A stretch of DNA of 63,813 nucleotides, counting the filler, from Octopus bimaculoides (lineage: Eukaryota): NCBI RefSeq assembly GCF_001194135.2. It is 6 parts of 5 records of this genome, joined end to end, with 100 filler letters (N's around TTAATTAATTAA, not from the genome) between each part and the next. Parts side by side here need not be neighbours in the genome. Positions count along the whole stretch, not along the records: positions 1 to 11,839 come from NC_069000.1; positions 11,940 to 25,866 come from NC_068984.1; 4 more parts are not named here. One strand, written 5' to 3'. Under the pieces are notes generated by a model that searched no databases, was not told where the DNA came from, and worked only from the letters and a program-made list of their open reading frames with translations. Position 1 is the first letter of the stretch; each line of letters starts with the position of its first letter. A program made the translations under genes and the position numbers. This document shows, one piece after another, positions 1-12,748 of this stretch.

Positions 1-571
1 TAGTACTACATTCATCCCATTTACGCATCTCATAGCTACCACACATATGTGCGTGTGTGGGAGAATGTGTTCGTATACGCATGTGTGTGTGTGTGTATGT
101 GTGTGTGCGTGCGTGCGCGTCAATGTGTGTGAATTTACTATTTCCTTCTCCAATTTCCTTCATTTCCTTTTTTTCAGACATACATTTATTCATCATCAAA
201 TCCCCTTCAACCCAATACTTACTTCCTTCCCCTCATCCCCCTCCCCCTCCCTCTCTCTCTCTCTCAACACCACGCATCCATTTCCAAGTACATTTATGTG
301 TTTGTGAGCGTTTGTGTATGTGTCTGTATATGTGTGTGTCTGTATATGTGTGTGTGTATGTGTATGGACAAACCGATGAAGGCTTTCAGGCCGGAACTTC
401 GAAGTTACTCTCACCCTGCTTCTTTCTACAAATGTCCAATAAAGATGTATGCTAATAAAAACTATCTTCAGGTTAATGTCAAATTGTTTTTCCTTTTACT
501 TTTCTCATCTATATAACATAACATAGAGACCAACATAAAAAAAGCCATGAATTGCTCGGAACGGTATATGA

Positions 572-780
572 CAGATGAGAGAAACGTTAGCACGCCGGGC
601 GAAGTGCTTAACGGCATTTCGTCTGTCTTTACATTCTGAGTTCAAATTCCGCCGAGGTCGTCTTCACCTTTCATCCTTTCGGGGGTCGATAAATTAAGTA
701 CCAGTTGCGTACTGGGGTCGATCTAATCAACTGGCCCCCGCCCCAGAAACTTCGGGCCTTGTGCCTAGAGTAGAAAAGAA
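572..780 (+). mobile_element. tRNA-derived SINE, family A (tail type 1)
   Basis: gttagcacgccgggcgaa...gagttcaaattccgccgaggtcg...ggccttgtgcctagagtagaaaag; repeated many times in the window. Confidence 0.85.
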
Positions 781-799
781 TCGTTAGCACGCCGAGAGA

Positions 800-972
800 T
801 ACACGATAAGCTTCCACACAGTTTCCGTCTAGCAAAGTCATTGCCATGGCATTGCTCGTCACGGGGACTATAGCAAACAAAAGCCCGACCGAGTTGCCGC
901 GAAGCGGGACTGAACCACGTAAAAGCACGTGGTAGCAGCGATCGGAGATTCTTAACCACACAGCCATGCCTT
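800..972 (-). mobile_element. tRNA-derived SINE, family B
   Basis: Reverse complement begins aggcatggctgtgtggttaag...ggttcagtcccgc; matches the copies at 17100 and 22037. Confidence 0.7.
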
Positions 973-976
973 GCTT

Positions 977-1202
977 CAGCGAGCTGGCAGAGTCGTTAGC
1001 ACGCCGGGCGAAATGCTAAACGGTATTTGGTCTACCGTTACGTTCTGAGTTCAAATTGCGCCGAGGTCGACTTTTTTTACCTTTAATCCTTTTGGGGTCG
1101 ATTAAATAAGTACCAGTTACGCACTGGAGTTGATGTATTCGATTTAATTCCTTTGTCTGTCCTTGTTTGTCCCCTGTATGTTTAGCACCTTGTGGGCAAT
1201 AA

Positions 1203-1205
<3 letters not shown>
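977..1205 (+). mobile_element. SINE family A (tail type 2)
   Basis: gagctggcagagtcgttagc head; tail gtccttgtttgtcccc...gtgggcaataaag. Confidence 0.85.
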
Positions 1206-1246
<41 letters not shown>

Positions 1247-2086
1247 CTGCTTGTGTATGTGTGAGAGAAAGAATGGGACAGTGAAAGAGAAATAGAGCCA
1301 GAGAGAGAGAGAGAGTGAGATAGAGTGAGAGTGAGGGAGATATATATATAGAGAGAGAAAGAGAGAGAAAGAAAGAGAGGGAACGAGAGAAAGCGGGGCA
1401 ATAAGCGTTGGGAATGAAAGAAGACAGTAGGATACGGAAGAACGTGTATAAGTTAACGAGTCGTATAGGAGAGGTGCGTGGGGTGGGGACATCTTTTATA
1501 TTTGTTTTTGCTTGAGTATGTATGTATGTGTGCGTGTATATGTATATGTATGTATGTATGTATGTATGAACGTACGTATTTATGTGGCTGCAGAAAGGTG
1601 AATGTGTGTGTGCTTTTGTGTTGATGTGTGAGGAAAAACGTGTGTGCGTGTATGTATGCTTTCCTGCCTGTGTGTGAGTAAGAAATAGAGAAGAGCATGT
1701 GGATTTGGGAGGGGGGAGTGAGATATAAGGTGCGTGTGTGTGTGTGTGAGAGAGAAAGAGAGAGAGAGAGAGAGTTAAGAAGAGACAGACAGGCGATCAG
1801 ACTCGCAGACATATCGGCGATAACTGTGCTGATGGTGAACTTCTATAAAATTGAAGAAAGCAGTCGGGGCGAGTAGAAGAAAGTTGAAAGGAATTGGTGA
1901 GAGGTGGGATAGAAGAGGGGGTAGGGAGTGAAGATGAGAAGATGAGAGAGAGAGGATAATAAGAAACGAGAGAGTAAGAGAGAGTGAGAGAGAGACAGAG
2001 AGTAAGAAGAGATAGAGGTGAGAGGGAGAAGAGATTAATGAATTCATAGGTAAATAGATAGAGAGAGAAAGAGAGAGAGAGAAGGA

Positions 2087-2138
<52 letters not shown>

Positions 2139-4244
2139 CAGATAGAAAGATAGAAAGAGAGGGACAGACAGAGAGAGAGAAAGACAGACAAAGATGCACG
2201 GTAATACAGACAAATCAATAGATTGACTCATCGATTGATTGATCGGTAGAACGATGGGAACATAGACAGATTAGTAGCTCAACAAACACTGCATGCTTGA
2301 TAAATAGTTAGCTAGAGAGAGAGAGTGAGTGATAGATAGATGGGTAGAGAGAGAATGGTNNNNNNNNNNNNNNNNNNNNNNNNNNNNNNNNNNNNNNNNN
2401 NNNNNNNNNNNNNNNNNNNNNNNNNNNNNNNNNNNNNNNNNNNNNNNNNNNNNNNNNNNNNNNNNNNNNNNNNNNNNNNNNNNNNNNNNNNNNNNNNNNN
2501 NNNNNNNNNNNNNNNNNNNNNNNNNNNNNNNNNNNNNNNNNNNNNNNNNNNNNNNNNNNNNNNNNNNNNNNNNNNNNNNNNNNNNNNNNNNNNNNNNNNN
2601 NNNNNNNNNNNNNNNNNNNNNNNNNNNNNNNNNNNNNNNNNNNNNNNNNNNNNNNNNNNNNNNNNNNNNNNNNNNNNNNNNNNNNNNNNNNNNNNNNNNN
2701 NNNNNNNNNNNNNNNNNNNNNNNNNNNNNNNNNNNNNNNNNNNNNNNNNNNNNNNNNNNNNNNNNNNNNNNNNNNNNNNNNNNNNNNNNNNNNNNNNNNN
2801 NNNNNNNNNNNNNNNNNNNNNNNNNNNNNNNNNNNNNNNNNNNNNNNNNNNNNNNNNNNNNNNNNNNNNNNNNNNNNNNNNNNNNNNNNNNNNNNNNNNN
2901 NNNNNNNNNNNNNNNTATATATATATATATATACAGAGAGAGAGAGAGAGAGAGAGAGATAGACTGATGGATGTAGTTAAACAGTCAGACAGACAGACAG
3001 ACACACAGATAGAAAGAGGAGCGATAACTAGCTAGAGAGATGTAGATATAGTTATAAATATATAAATACACGCACACACGCACACATAAAGACGACGAAA
3101 TTGAAGAGAAACGGTGAGATCGTCAAAAGAAAATGAATAATGGACAGAGAGAGAGAGAGAGGGCGGGACAGAGAGAACTTGAGAGACTGAGATAGAAAGC
3201 GAGAGAAAGAGAGAGAGATAAAAGCAGAAAAAGAGAGAGAGAGAGAGAGAGAGAGAGTGTGTGTGTGTGAGAGAGAAAGTAAGAATGAAGAATGGAAAAG
3301 ACCAAGGTTTGAATGCCAAGGAGAGAAAATATTAGAATTGGTGTTAAGAAGCCAGGTGAAGCGTGACTGGCTACAACTGCAATCAGGCAGCTGGAACCAC
3401 GTTTTCTCTCTAAATGCAATCATGCATGTCTTGTGTATATGTACGTACGTGTGTTTGCGTGTCGATTTGTCTACGTGCGCGGGCGCGCGCGTGTCTGTTT
3501 CTGTGTTTGTGTGTGCGGTATAGTATTGTGCGTGTGTATCTATGCTTAGGTTTGTCTGTGCGAGTGTGTCTGTATGTCTGTTATGTGTACTTTTTGTCTT
3601 TGTACGTATGTTTCTTTATCCATGTATGTGTATATTGATTACGTATGAGTGTGTTTCCATGTGCGTGGGTTTCTATGCGTACGTATGCGTGTACCTACAT
3701 GCACTTATGTATATATATGTGAATATATGAATGTATGTAAATATATGTATATATATGTATATATGTATATAGATATATATATGTATGTATATATATGTAT
3801 GTTTATATATGTGTATATATGTATATATGTAAATATATGTATATATGTATATATATATATGTATATATATGTACATATTATATATGTATATTCGTGTATG
3901 TATATATATGTATATATGTATAAATATATATATNNNNNNNNNNNNNNNNNNNNNNNNNNNNNNNNNNNNNNNNNNNNNNNNNNNNNNNNNNNNNNNNNNN
4001 NNNNNNNNNNNNNNNNNNNNNNNNNNNNNNNNNNNNNNNNNNNNNNNNNNNNNNNNNNNNNNNNNNNNNNNNNNNNNNNNNNNNNNNNNNNNNNNNNNNN
4101 NNNNNNNNNNNNNNNNNNNNNNNNNNNNNNNNNNNNNNNNNNNNNNNNNNNNNNNNNNGTATGTATGTATATGTATATGTATTTATAAAAAAAAGTAGTT
4201 TGAAAACGCCACTGTGTAAGATAAATTTTAATTTTCTGAGAGAT

Positions 4245-4293
4245 TTTACATGTTTCGGTTCTTTTTGAAAAAAAAAACGAACCTTTTCAAAAA
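4245..4293 (-). ncRNA. Degenerate minimal hammerhead-like motif (PLE type)
   Basis: Minus strand TTT-TTGAAAA-GGTTC..GAACC-GAAA-CATG-TA-AAA; core differs from CUGANGA at two positions. Confidence 0.3.
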
Positions 4294-4463
4294 TATATAT
4301 TTTTCTAAAAGTTGAGTGTAATACAAGAAAAGTTCATAATTATTTCTTCCTAGTTTCAACAGAGTCCATGTGGTGGCGTTTTATGTGTGGGAACATAATG
4401 GCTGTCTTGTGCGTTGACTAGAATCGTTGGCTGTAGTAGTGAAAGTGATCGTTAGCTGTAATC

Positions 4464-4501
<38 letters not shown>

Positions 4502-5254
4502 TGAGACTGTTGGTCGTAGTAGTAGTGGTGACCGTGGTGGTAGTTACGGTTGGAATTGTAGCAGCAGTTCGACATGACTTCCTGTAAATAATAACATGTC
4601 CTGTAAATAATTGTCCCTTCTTGTTTCTCCTTTAAAACCCCTTTGGGAGGGAGCACCTTTACTTCGTTCCTCTCCCTTTAAAGCATTTTTTAAAAAATTA
4701 CTTGATTCTTCCAGACTTACGTCTTCACTTATATCTTTTGCTGCAACAGCATAATTTTTTCTTTCCATTTTCTCATCAATTCTTTTTAAATATTCCACCA
4801 TCTCTTCTTCAGACGACACAAATGCCGAAGAAGAGTAGTTCACAAAGTCTGAACAATTCAAGCCTTCACAGCTCCTCATCCGACGCCCCTCCATTAAACA
4901 AAAGGAAAAACGTTGCACCTCCAAGACAACCAAAACACACGTGCATTACCCTTAAATTCACAATCCCACTGACAAACGCTATACCGGAAGCAAGCATCTT
5001 ACCACACAGCCACTCCTGTCCAAATCTCAACGACAACCAGGCATTAAACGTGAATCCCAGACAGTGTTAACACGCAATCAAAGTGTTACCGCATGATTTG
5101 ACTGACTGCTCTATATCACTACTATTGCTACTGTAAGTATGCTGTTTCTATTGAGCTTTGGGGTTAAGTTTACAAATACAGAAATTGATGCACAGGGTCA
5201 TTTTTTTCTCAACGAAACGTGTTGTTTCCTCTCCACAGGTTAGCAGAATATTAA

Positions 5255-6115
5255 CTGATACATCGCTCGTGTCCAGTACGATGAAACGCTGAAATTATTT
5301 AAAGTAACCGAAGAAAAAGGAAATTGTAAAACAGCCAGACAATTTAGCATTGGTGAATCCATCATTCGCTTATGTCATAAACTAATGGAAAAATTAAGCA
5401 CTGAATCGAGAAGTGGACGAGCTTTTAGTGGAAAAAATTGCAGATTTCCTGAATTGGATGAAAAATTGAAAGAATATTTTCACTATTTTCGACAGAACGA
5501 TTTTGTACTGTTTCCTCTAAATTGAAACGCATTCTAGCTTTAAGAGTGAAGCAGCGTTTGATTCCTAATTCTCATTTGAAACCGTGTCGTAATTGGCCGA
5601 CACATTTGACGAATCATCATTTTATCAGGCTCTGACGTCGCACACACTGTTCGTGAACGTATGACTAAAGAATATAAAGAAAAGCAATTCAATTCCATTG
5701 ATTTATCATTGGTTTGTGACAGAAAAAACCTTGCATTTATTTAAATAGCAGAGAATTTTGTTCTAAAACCAGTGTATTTCGGAAAAGCATCTGATCTTAT
5801 TTCTTGATTGAGTAAAATTGGAGCTGTTCGTAAAGATGGCTATGAAAAATAGCGTCGTGCTGTAATGCTCTGATATAACGACTAATGGTAGGGAACTGCC
5901 TGCTTATGTCATATTGCAGCGTAAATCACCGCCGAAAGGGATTAAAATTGTAGATAATGTTATTGTGCAGGCTAATGAAAAATGCTGGAAATGCAATAAT
6001 ATATTTGAGGAGTGAATTTGTTTGGTTCAGAATCGTCGTTATGGCGCTCCCCTAAAACTAAAAATCAATGTTTCTATTGGATTATTTCGTAGCCATCTTA
6101 CAGACAGGTAACATA
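5255..6115 (+). mobile_element. Decayed pogo/Tigger-family (Tc1/mariner superfamily) transposase remnant
   Basis: Fragments KVTEEKGNCKTARQFSIGES, RAFSGKNCRFPELDEKL, TNGRELPAYVILQRKSPPK, VIVQANEK, LLDYFRSHLTD resemble HTH plus DDE_1 domains; many stops and frameshifts. Confidence 0.75.
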
Positions 6116-6274
6116 AAAATATAATCTGCAACATATAGGCGCAGGCGTGTATGTGTGTTTAAGAACCTTGTTTCCTGTTTGTATGGTACCTTGTGCCCTG
6201 TGTTTTATATTCTACTACCGACAGGCCAAATCTGTTTGAGTGGATATGATAGATGTAAACTGAAAGAAGCCTAC

Positions 6275-6316
<42 letters not shown>

Positions 6317-7002
6317 NNNNNNNNNNNNNNNNNNNNNNNNNNNNNNNNNNNNNNNNNNNNNNNNNNNNNNNNNNNNNNNNNNNNNNNNNNNNNNNNNNNN
6401 NNNNNNNNNNNNNNNNNNNNNNNNNNNNNNNNNNNNNNNNNNNNNNNNNNNNNNNNNNNNNNNNNNNNNNNNNNNNNNNNNNNNNNNNNNNNNNNNNNNN
6501 NNNNNNNNNNNNNNNNNNNNNNNNNNNNNNNNNNNNNNNNNNNNNNNNNNNNNNNNNNNNNNNNNNNNNNNNNNNNNNNNNNNNNNNNNNNNNNNNNNNN
6601 NNNNNNNNNNNNNNNNNNNNNNNNNNNNNNNNNNNNNNNNNNNNNNNNNNNNNNNNNNNNNNNNNNNNNNNNNNNNNNNNNNNNNNNNNNNNNNNNNNNN
6701 NNNNNNNNNNNNNNNNNNNNNNNNNNNNNNNNNNNNNNNNNNNNNNNNNNNNNNNNNNNNNNNNNNNNNNNNNNNNNNNNNNNNNNNNNNNNNNNNNNNN
6801 NNNNNNNNNNNNNNNNNNNNNNNNNNNNNNNNNNNNNNNNNNNNNNNNNNNNNNNNNNNNNNNNNNNNNNNNNNNNNNNNNNNNNNNNNNNNNNNNNNNN
6901 NNNNNNNNNNNNNNNNNNNNNNNNNNNNNNNNNNNNNNNNNNNNNNNNNNNNNNNNNNNNNNNNNNNNNNNNNNNNNNNNNNNNNNNNNNNNNNNNNNNN
7001 NN

Positions 7003-7051
<49 letters not shown>

Positions 7052-7367
7052 GCATGTGTTTTTAATATATATGTATATGTATGCACACACATACACACGC
7101 ATATATATATATATATGTTTATTTATGCATACATATGTATATATATATATTATTTCATTAACACGGTATATGTTTTTATGAGCTATTAATATTTCTACGT
7201 AAAGAAAACAGCAGTAATTGCATTTTATAACACGCCTGGTGTCTTCGTGCGTGAGTGTGTAATATATATGTATCTCTCTCTCTCTCTCTCTCTCTGTATT
7301 CATATATATATATATATATATATATATNNNNNNNNNNATATAGTGAGAGAGAGAGAGAGAGATATAT

Positions 7368-7413
<46 letters not shown>

Positions 7414-8293
7414 AGATAGATTGATTGAATGTTTGATTGATTGATTGATAAATAGACACAGACAGATGGACAAGAATATAGACGGATATATATTTTGGTA
7501 GACACTTAATCATATGTGAACTGTAGAAATCTATCGCGATGGGCAAGATCGACGAACGCATATACATACACGCATAAATATACATATATGTGTGTGTGTG
7601 TCTGTGTGTCTGTGTGTCTGTGTATCTGTCTGTGTGTAAGTGTATGAGAAAGAGAGATAAGAGAGAGTGGGGGAGGACGAAGTTTCAGTCAAGAGATACG
7701 TATATACTGTGATAGTAGGATAATTATAGGGAGCACGTTATCTTGTAACACTCTCATATGTTATTAATGATCTGCAAATCAGATTCGCTCAACTTATATA
7801 TACTCCCTTAGACACAACATATATAGATACATTCACATACTATGAATATACACTATCACACTGAATATATATATATATATANNNNNNNNNNNNNNNNNNN
7901 NNNNNNNNNNNNNNNNNNNNNNNNNNNNNNNNNNNNNNNNNNNNNNNNNNNNNNNNNNNNNNNNNNNNNNNNNNNNNNNNNNNNNNNNNNNNNNNNNNNN
8001 NNNNNNNNNNNNNNNNNNNNNNNNNNNNNNNNNNNNNNNNNNNNNNNNNNNNNNNNNNNNNNNNNNNNNNNNNNNNNNNNNNNNNNNNNNNNNNNNNNNN
8101 NNNNNNNNNNNNNNNNNNNNNNNNNNNNNNNNNNNNNNNNNNNNNNNNNNNNNNNNNNNNNNNNNNNNNNNNNNNNNNNNNNNNNNNNNNNNNNNNNNNN
8201 NNNNNNNNNNNNNNNNNNNNNNNNNNNNNNNNNNNNNNNNNNNNNNNNNNNNNNNNNNNNNNNNNNNNNNNNNNNNNNNNNNNNNNNNNNNNN

Positions 8294-8340
<47 letters not shown>

Positions 8341-8787
8341 TCTACACGCGCGTCTCCGATTGCGTGCCGTACCTCGTCTAAGTAGACTAAATACTAGAGC
8401 GCGAAATAAACTAGGACCAAGTGACGGAAAAAATAGCTATCGATTTCTCTGCACTGCACGCTTCCACATAGTGTATAAATACATTATTGGCGGGAAAGGG
8501 GCCGGGTGGGAATCAACCTCGTAATACTTAATATATTGAGGCTCTTACGAGCCCTGCTTTCACCTCGCCCCTGCCCCCACTTCTTACACATATCTCTACA
8601 GTCATACACATAGTGGTTAAACTCACACACACACACACACACACACACGGAAACACACAAGCACATACATACACACACACGCATACATGCACATATACAT
8701 GCATAAACACAGGTGCATCTTAGAATCATACGTGTACAGACTTATACAAATGCACACGGTTATTATTGAAGTACAAACTGGCTTTTG

Positions 8788-8803
8788 TAGTAGCAGTAGT
8801 AGT

Positions 8804-8879
<76 letters not shown>

Positions 8880-8880
8880 A
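8788..8880. repeat. Compound (TAG)n/(CAG)n microsatellite
   Basis: Seen directly. Confidence 0.95.
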
Positions 8881-8944
8881 CGGTGTTGGTGGTGGTAGTG
8901 TTTGTGGTGGTGGGGGAAAAGGTGGAGGAGCTATTCTTGTTGTT

Positions 8945-9075
8945 GCTGCTGCAATTCTTAGCGCTTCATGTTCTGAGTTCAAATTCTCAGTCGATAAATT
9001 GAGAACTATTTGAGTATTGGGGTCGACTAACTACTCCCTATCAACCAACATCACTCCAAGCCTTGTGCCTATAGC
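8945..9075 (+). mobile_element. Degenerate, internally deleted SINE family A
   Basis: ttctgagttcaaattc...gtcgataaatt...ggggtcga...ccttgtgcctatag followed by (ATT)n. Confidence 0.6.
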
Positions 9076-9081
9076 ATAACG

Positions 9082-9138
<57 letters not shown>

Positions 9139-9169
9139 CATTATTATTATTATTATTATAGACGTCGTA

Positions 9170-9420
9170 TAGTATACAATGTCGTGATGTTGATTGAAGA
9201 TATTGTGTCTATCGGGGTTTGTAGTGTTTGCCAAGTCACAACAAGGACCTCAGACAGACAATACTTTACGCAATATGCAAGCAATTCCAAGTAATGCTGA
9301 CTTTTGCAATACATCTAGATTGTAGGGAATCTGTAAGGTTTTCAAATGTTTTTTTTTTTTTTCAGATTGGGCGGTATTGAACCCAATGCTCCGATGACAA
9401 TAGGGATAACATTTATGTTC
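9170..9420 (-). mobile_element. R4/Dong-type non-LTR retrotransposon, 3' end (RLE C-terminus plus 3' UTR)
   Basis: Minus strand VIPIVIGALGSIPPNL...LDVLQKSALLGIACILRKVLSV*; (ATT)n on both sides. Confidence 0.8.
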
Positions 9421-9499
9421 GACTCTTTATTATTGTTATTATTATTATTTGATGAAAACGCTCAGCTTCTTCAGCTGGCTATGATGGAAAATGTCAGCT

Positions 9500-9800
9500 G
9501 ACCTCGCTTGCCAAGGTCTGTAATTTTTAACTTCAGCCCTGCTACCTTCCTTTGTCTACAGGTGGCCTCGCTACCTTCCTTTGTGTACAGGTGTTAATAT
9601 TGTGTCTGCCAACAGTTCTGGGAATACGCCCGTATTTAGCGACTTTTGAAATATGATCCCAGAACTGAGATGAACGCCTGATACCATGCTATCGAGAAAA
9701 GTGCTGAGAGATAGATTCCAAGTCAGATAGGATGCTTGGTCTATCACACTTAATCACTGTCACAGGATCCGGCACTCCCATATGCTAAACCGGTGTGAAC
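9500..9800 (-). mobile_element. CR1/L2-like LINE reverse-transcriptase N-terminal fragment
   Basis: Minus strand GRIP...GSRAEVKNYRP resembles the GxIPxxW...KGSRxxxxNYRP motif; frameshifted. Confidence 0.55.
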
Positions 9801-10542
9801 TGGCAGACATACAATAATGGTGGAGAAGTGATTAGAATCCACCAGAAATCAATTCGTAATCTAGTTTTCCTTCTTATTGTTTCTTTTTTTTTTGCCTTTG
9901 TTTGTTTCTTTTTTTTGGGGGGTTTGGTTTTTATTCTGTGTTAGTTTCTTTTTCTTTTTTTTATTTATTTATTTTTTTNNNNNNNNNNNNNNNNNNNNNN
10001 NNNNNNNNNNNNNNNNNNNNNNNNNNNNNNNNNNNNNNNNNNNNNNNNNNNNNNNNNNNNNNNNNNNNNNNNNNNNNNNNNNNNNNNNNNNNNNNNNNNN
10101 NNNNNNNNNNNNNNNNNNNNNNNNNNNNNNNNNNNNNNNNNNNNNNNNNNNNNNNNNNNNNNNNNNNNNNNNNNNNNNNNNNNNNNNNNNNNNNNNNNNN
10201 NNNNNNNNNNNNNNNNNNNNNNNNNNNNNNNNNNNNNNNNNNNNNNNNNNNNNNNNNNNNNNNNNNNNNNNNNNNNNNNNNNNNNNNNNNNNNNNNNNNN
10301 NNNNNNNNNNNNNNNNNNNNNNNNNNNNNNNNNNNNNNNNNNNNNNNNNNNNNNNNNNNNNNNNNNNNNNNNNNNNNNNNNNNNNNNNNNNNNNNNNNNN
10401 NNNNNNNNNNNNNNNNNNNNNNNNNNNNNNNNNNNNNNNNNNNNNNNNNNNNNNNNNNNNNNNNNNNNNNNNNNNNNNNNNNNNNNNNNNNNNNNNNNNN
10501 NNNNNNNNNNNNNNNNNNNNNNNNNNNNNNNNNNNNNNNNNN

Positions 10543-10586
<44 letters not shown>

Positions 10587-10966
10587 CGTATTTATATATG
10601 TATGTATGTATGTATGTATGTAAAACTATGCACTAGGCGTTTTTGTGTGTGCGTATACATATGTGTGTGTATATCTATGATTCCACGTTCACACATGCCA
10701 GTAAATACCGTTCGACACACGGGAAGCAATGTATATAGATTGTCATAATATTATGTATACATAAAAGATCAAATACAACCATAGAGCAAATAAAGTCCAC
10801 AAGTCCATGTTTAATTTGCAATAAAACAATAGTATTTAATTCCGGCTTTCGCCAAGTTTATTTATTTATTGTGTACAATATATCTATCTTTTGACACGTA
10901 TCACATTGCCAATTCATCTAAATATATTTACAACACTCGTCTCTAGTTGATAATATTCCACCTATT

Positions 10967-11200
10967 AAGGCGGCGAGCTGGCAGAAAGGTTAGTACGCCG
11001 GGCGAAAGGCTCAGAGGGTTTTCGTCTGCCGCTACGTTCTGAGATCAAATTCCGCCGAGGTCGACTTTGCTTTTCTTCCTTTCCGTGTCGATTAAATAAG
11101 TACCAGTTACGCAGTGGGGTCGATGTAATCGACTTAATCTCTTTGTCTGCCCTTGTTTGTCCCCTCTATGTTTAGCCTGTTGTGGGCAATAATGAAATAA
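10967..11200 (+). mobile_element. SINE family A (tail type 2), near full length
   Basis: aaggcggcgagctggcagaa head through gtgggcaataatgaaataag. Confidence 0.9.
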
Positions 11201-11398
11201 GAAACGTTAACACGCCGGGCGAAATGCTGAGCGGTATTTCGTCTGTCGTTACGTTCTGAGTTCAAATTCCACCGAGGTCGACTTTTCCTATCATTATTTC
11301 GGGGTCGATAAATTAAGTACCAGTTGCATACTGGGGTCGATCTAATCGACTGGCCCCCTCCCCCAAAATTTCGGGCCTTGTACCTAGAGTAGAAAAAA
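11201..11398 (+). mobile_element. SINE family A (tail type 1), directly tandem to the previous copy
   Basis: aaacgttaacacgccgggc...ggccttgtacctagagtagaaa. Confidence 0.9.
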
Positions 11399-11509
11399 AT
11401 GTATTATTCGATGCCGTGAATGCTTCTGTTCAGATATTTGCATGGACTTGGGGGAAAACGAGAAGTCATAGAATAGTTCCTAATTCTAGCACCAGAATAA
11501 TAGTTTAGA

Positions 11510-11690
11510 AGGTAATGGCGAACTTCTGCTGACTCTTTCACCACAACTTTCTTTCACTCTTTCCTCCTGCATCTAGCAGCTCACCTGCGATGGACCGGTA
11601 TCCCAACTAGGCTGGGAAACTATAAGCCAATGAAACCGGGAAACCGGTCCTTATGAGCCTGGCATGGCTCGACAAGGAACAAACATCAAC
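11510..11690 (+). mobile_element. SINE fragment sharing the family C core but with a different tail
   Basis: ggcgaacttctgctgactctttcaccacaactttc matches 22675-22720; the following sequence differs. Confidence 0.5.
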
Positions 11691-12544
11691 AAAAGTTCGA
11701 TGCAGCGCCTAAAAGACTGGTTCACCAGTCAGCATCATTGGATTGTAGCCGGCATAATGGAACAGGAGGTTTATTTCCATATTCAAAGCAATTCCCGTAA
11801 AGACATTTTGAAAATTATATATACACACACACTTATATANNNNNNNNNNNNNNNNNNNNNNNNNNNNNNNNNNNNNNNNNNNNTTAATTAATTAANNNNN
11901 NNNNNNNNNNNNNNNNNNNNNNNNNNNNNNNNNNNNNNNTAAATAATCACTTCAATTTCTTACATATTTTCATTTACATCTGTTCTTTTTGTTGTCTTAA
12001 GTTATCTGTAAAAACAAATATAGTACTAGATATATTAAATTTTACGTCAAAACCTGAGCGCAACAATAAATCATTTTCATTTTTAGAAATAATGTTACTA
12101 AACGCATTTATATAACCTAGTAGAGAAAAACGCAGACCCTTTTACAGTTTGCAAAAGTTTGTTTTTGTTAAGTATATATTAGAGCACTTTGATTTATCGA
12201 AACATTTCTAGGCTCATAGGAGTGTAAAAGGAAACCAGCCTTCCGTCGGTTACGACGATGCGGGCTCCAGTTGATCCGATCAACAGAAAAGCTTAGCAAA
12301 CTACAAACACGTACATCCATAACCAAGAACCTGAGAACAGGGGGTGCGCTAGAATTTGTTTGTGGTGCAAAATCAAAATTTGCACCCCTACTTGCTTTTC
12401 TCAGGATTAGAAAACAGTGAATAAAAAGTGATCTATCAAAAGTAGCTCGGAGTTAGATTTCTTCTCAAAGAACAAAGACCTTGCATGAAAAACTGTTAGA
12501 CCTGAGATTGCACCTCCCCTAAGTAAATTTCGTTCTCAGCCGGT

Positions 12545-12748
12545 GTCGTCAGTGAGATTCAGCGTGACACAGAATGTAACAAGGCTGGTCTTTTCAATTA
12601 TAGATACAACTCAATTTGCTGGCGAGTAGACTGGATTAACTCGAAATAAAATATCTTGTTCAAGGATCCAATGCCCCGCCAGGAATTGAACTTACGGCTT
12701 TAAGACTGTGAGCCAAATGCCCTAACCGCTAAGCCATGTGACTTCACA
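12545..12748 (-). mobile_element. tRNA-derived SINE family D (partial)
   Basis: Minus head catggcttagcggttagggcatttggctcacag...gttcaattcctggcg; body shares tgtcac..tgtcacgctgaatctc with family C. Confidence 0.65.

Noticed and set aside
2312-7585. Long ORFs made of X, YI, CV, HT, SL or poly-L/N/F runs, here and throughout the track
   Set aside because: Translations of gaps and microsatellites
8380-8425. RARNKLGPSD resembling an FN3 strand
   Set aside because: Short match without splice sites or the other FN3 residues
11884-11895. TTAATTAATTAA embedded between N runs, also at 25911, 55441, 60130 and 62295
   Set aside because: An identical 12-mer with stops in all six frames, always flanked by Ns: an assembly spacer, not biology
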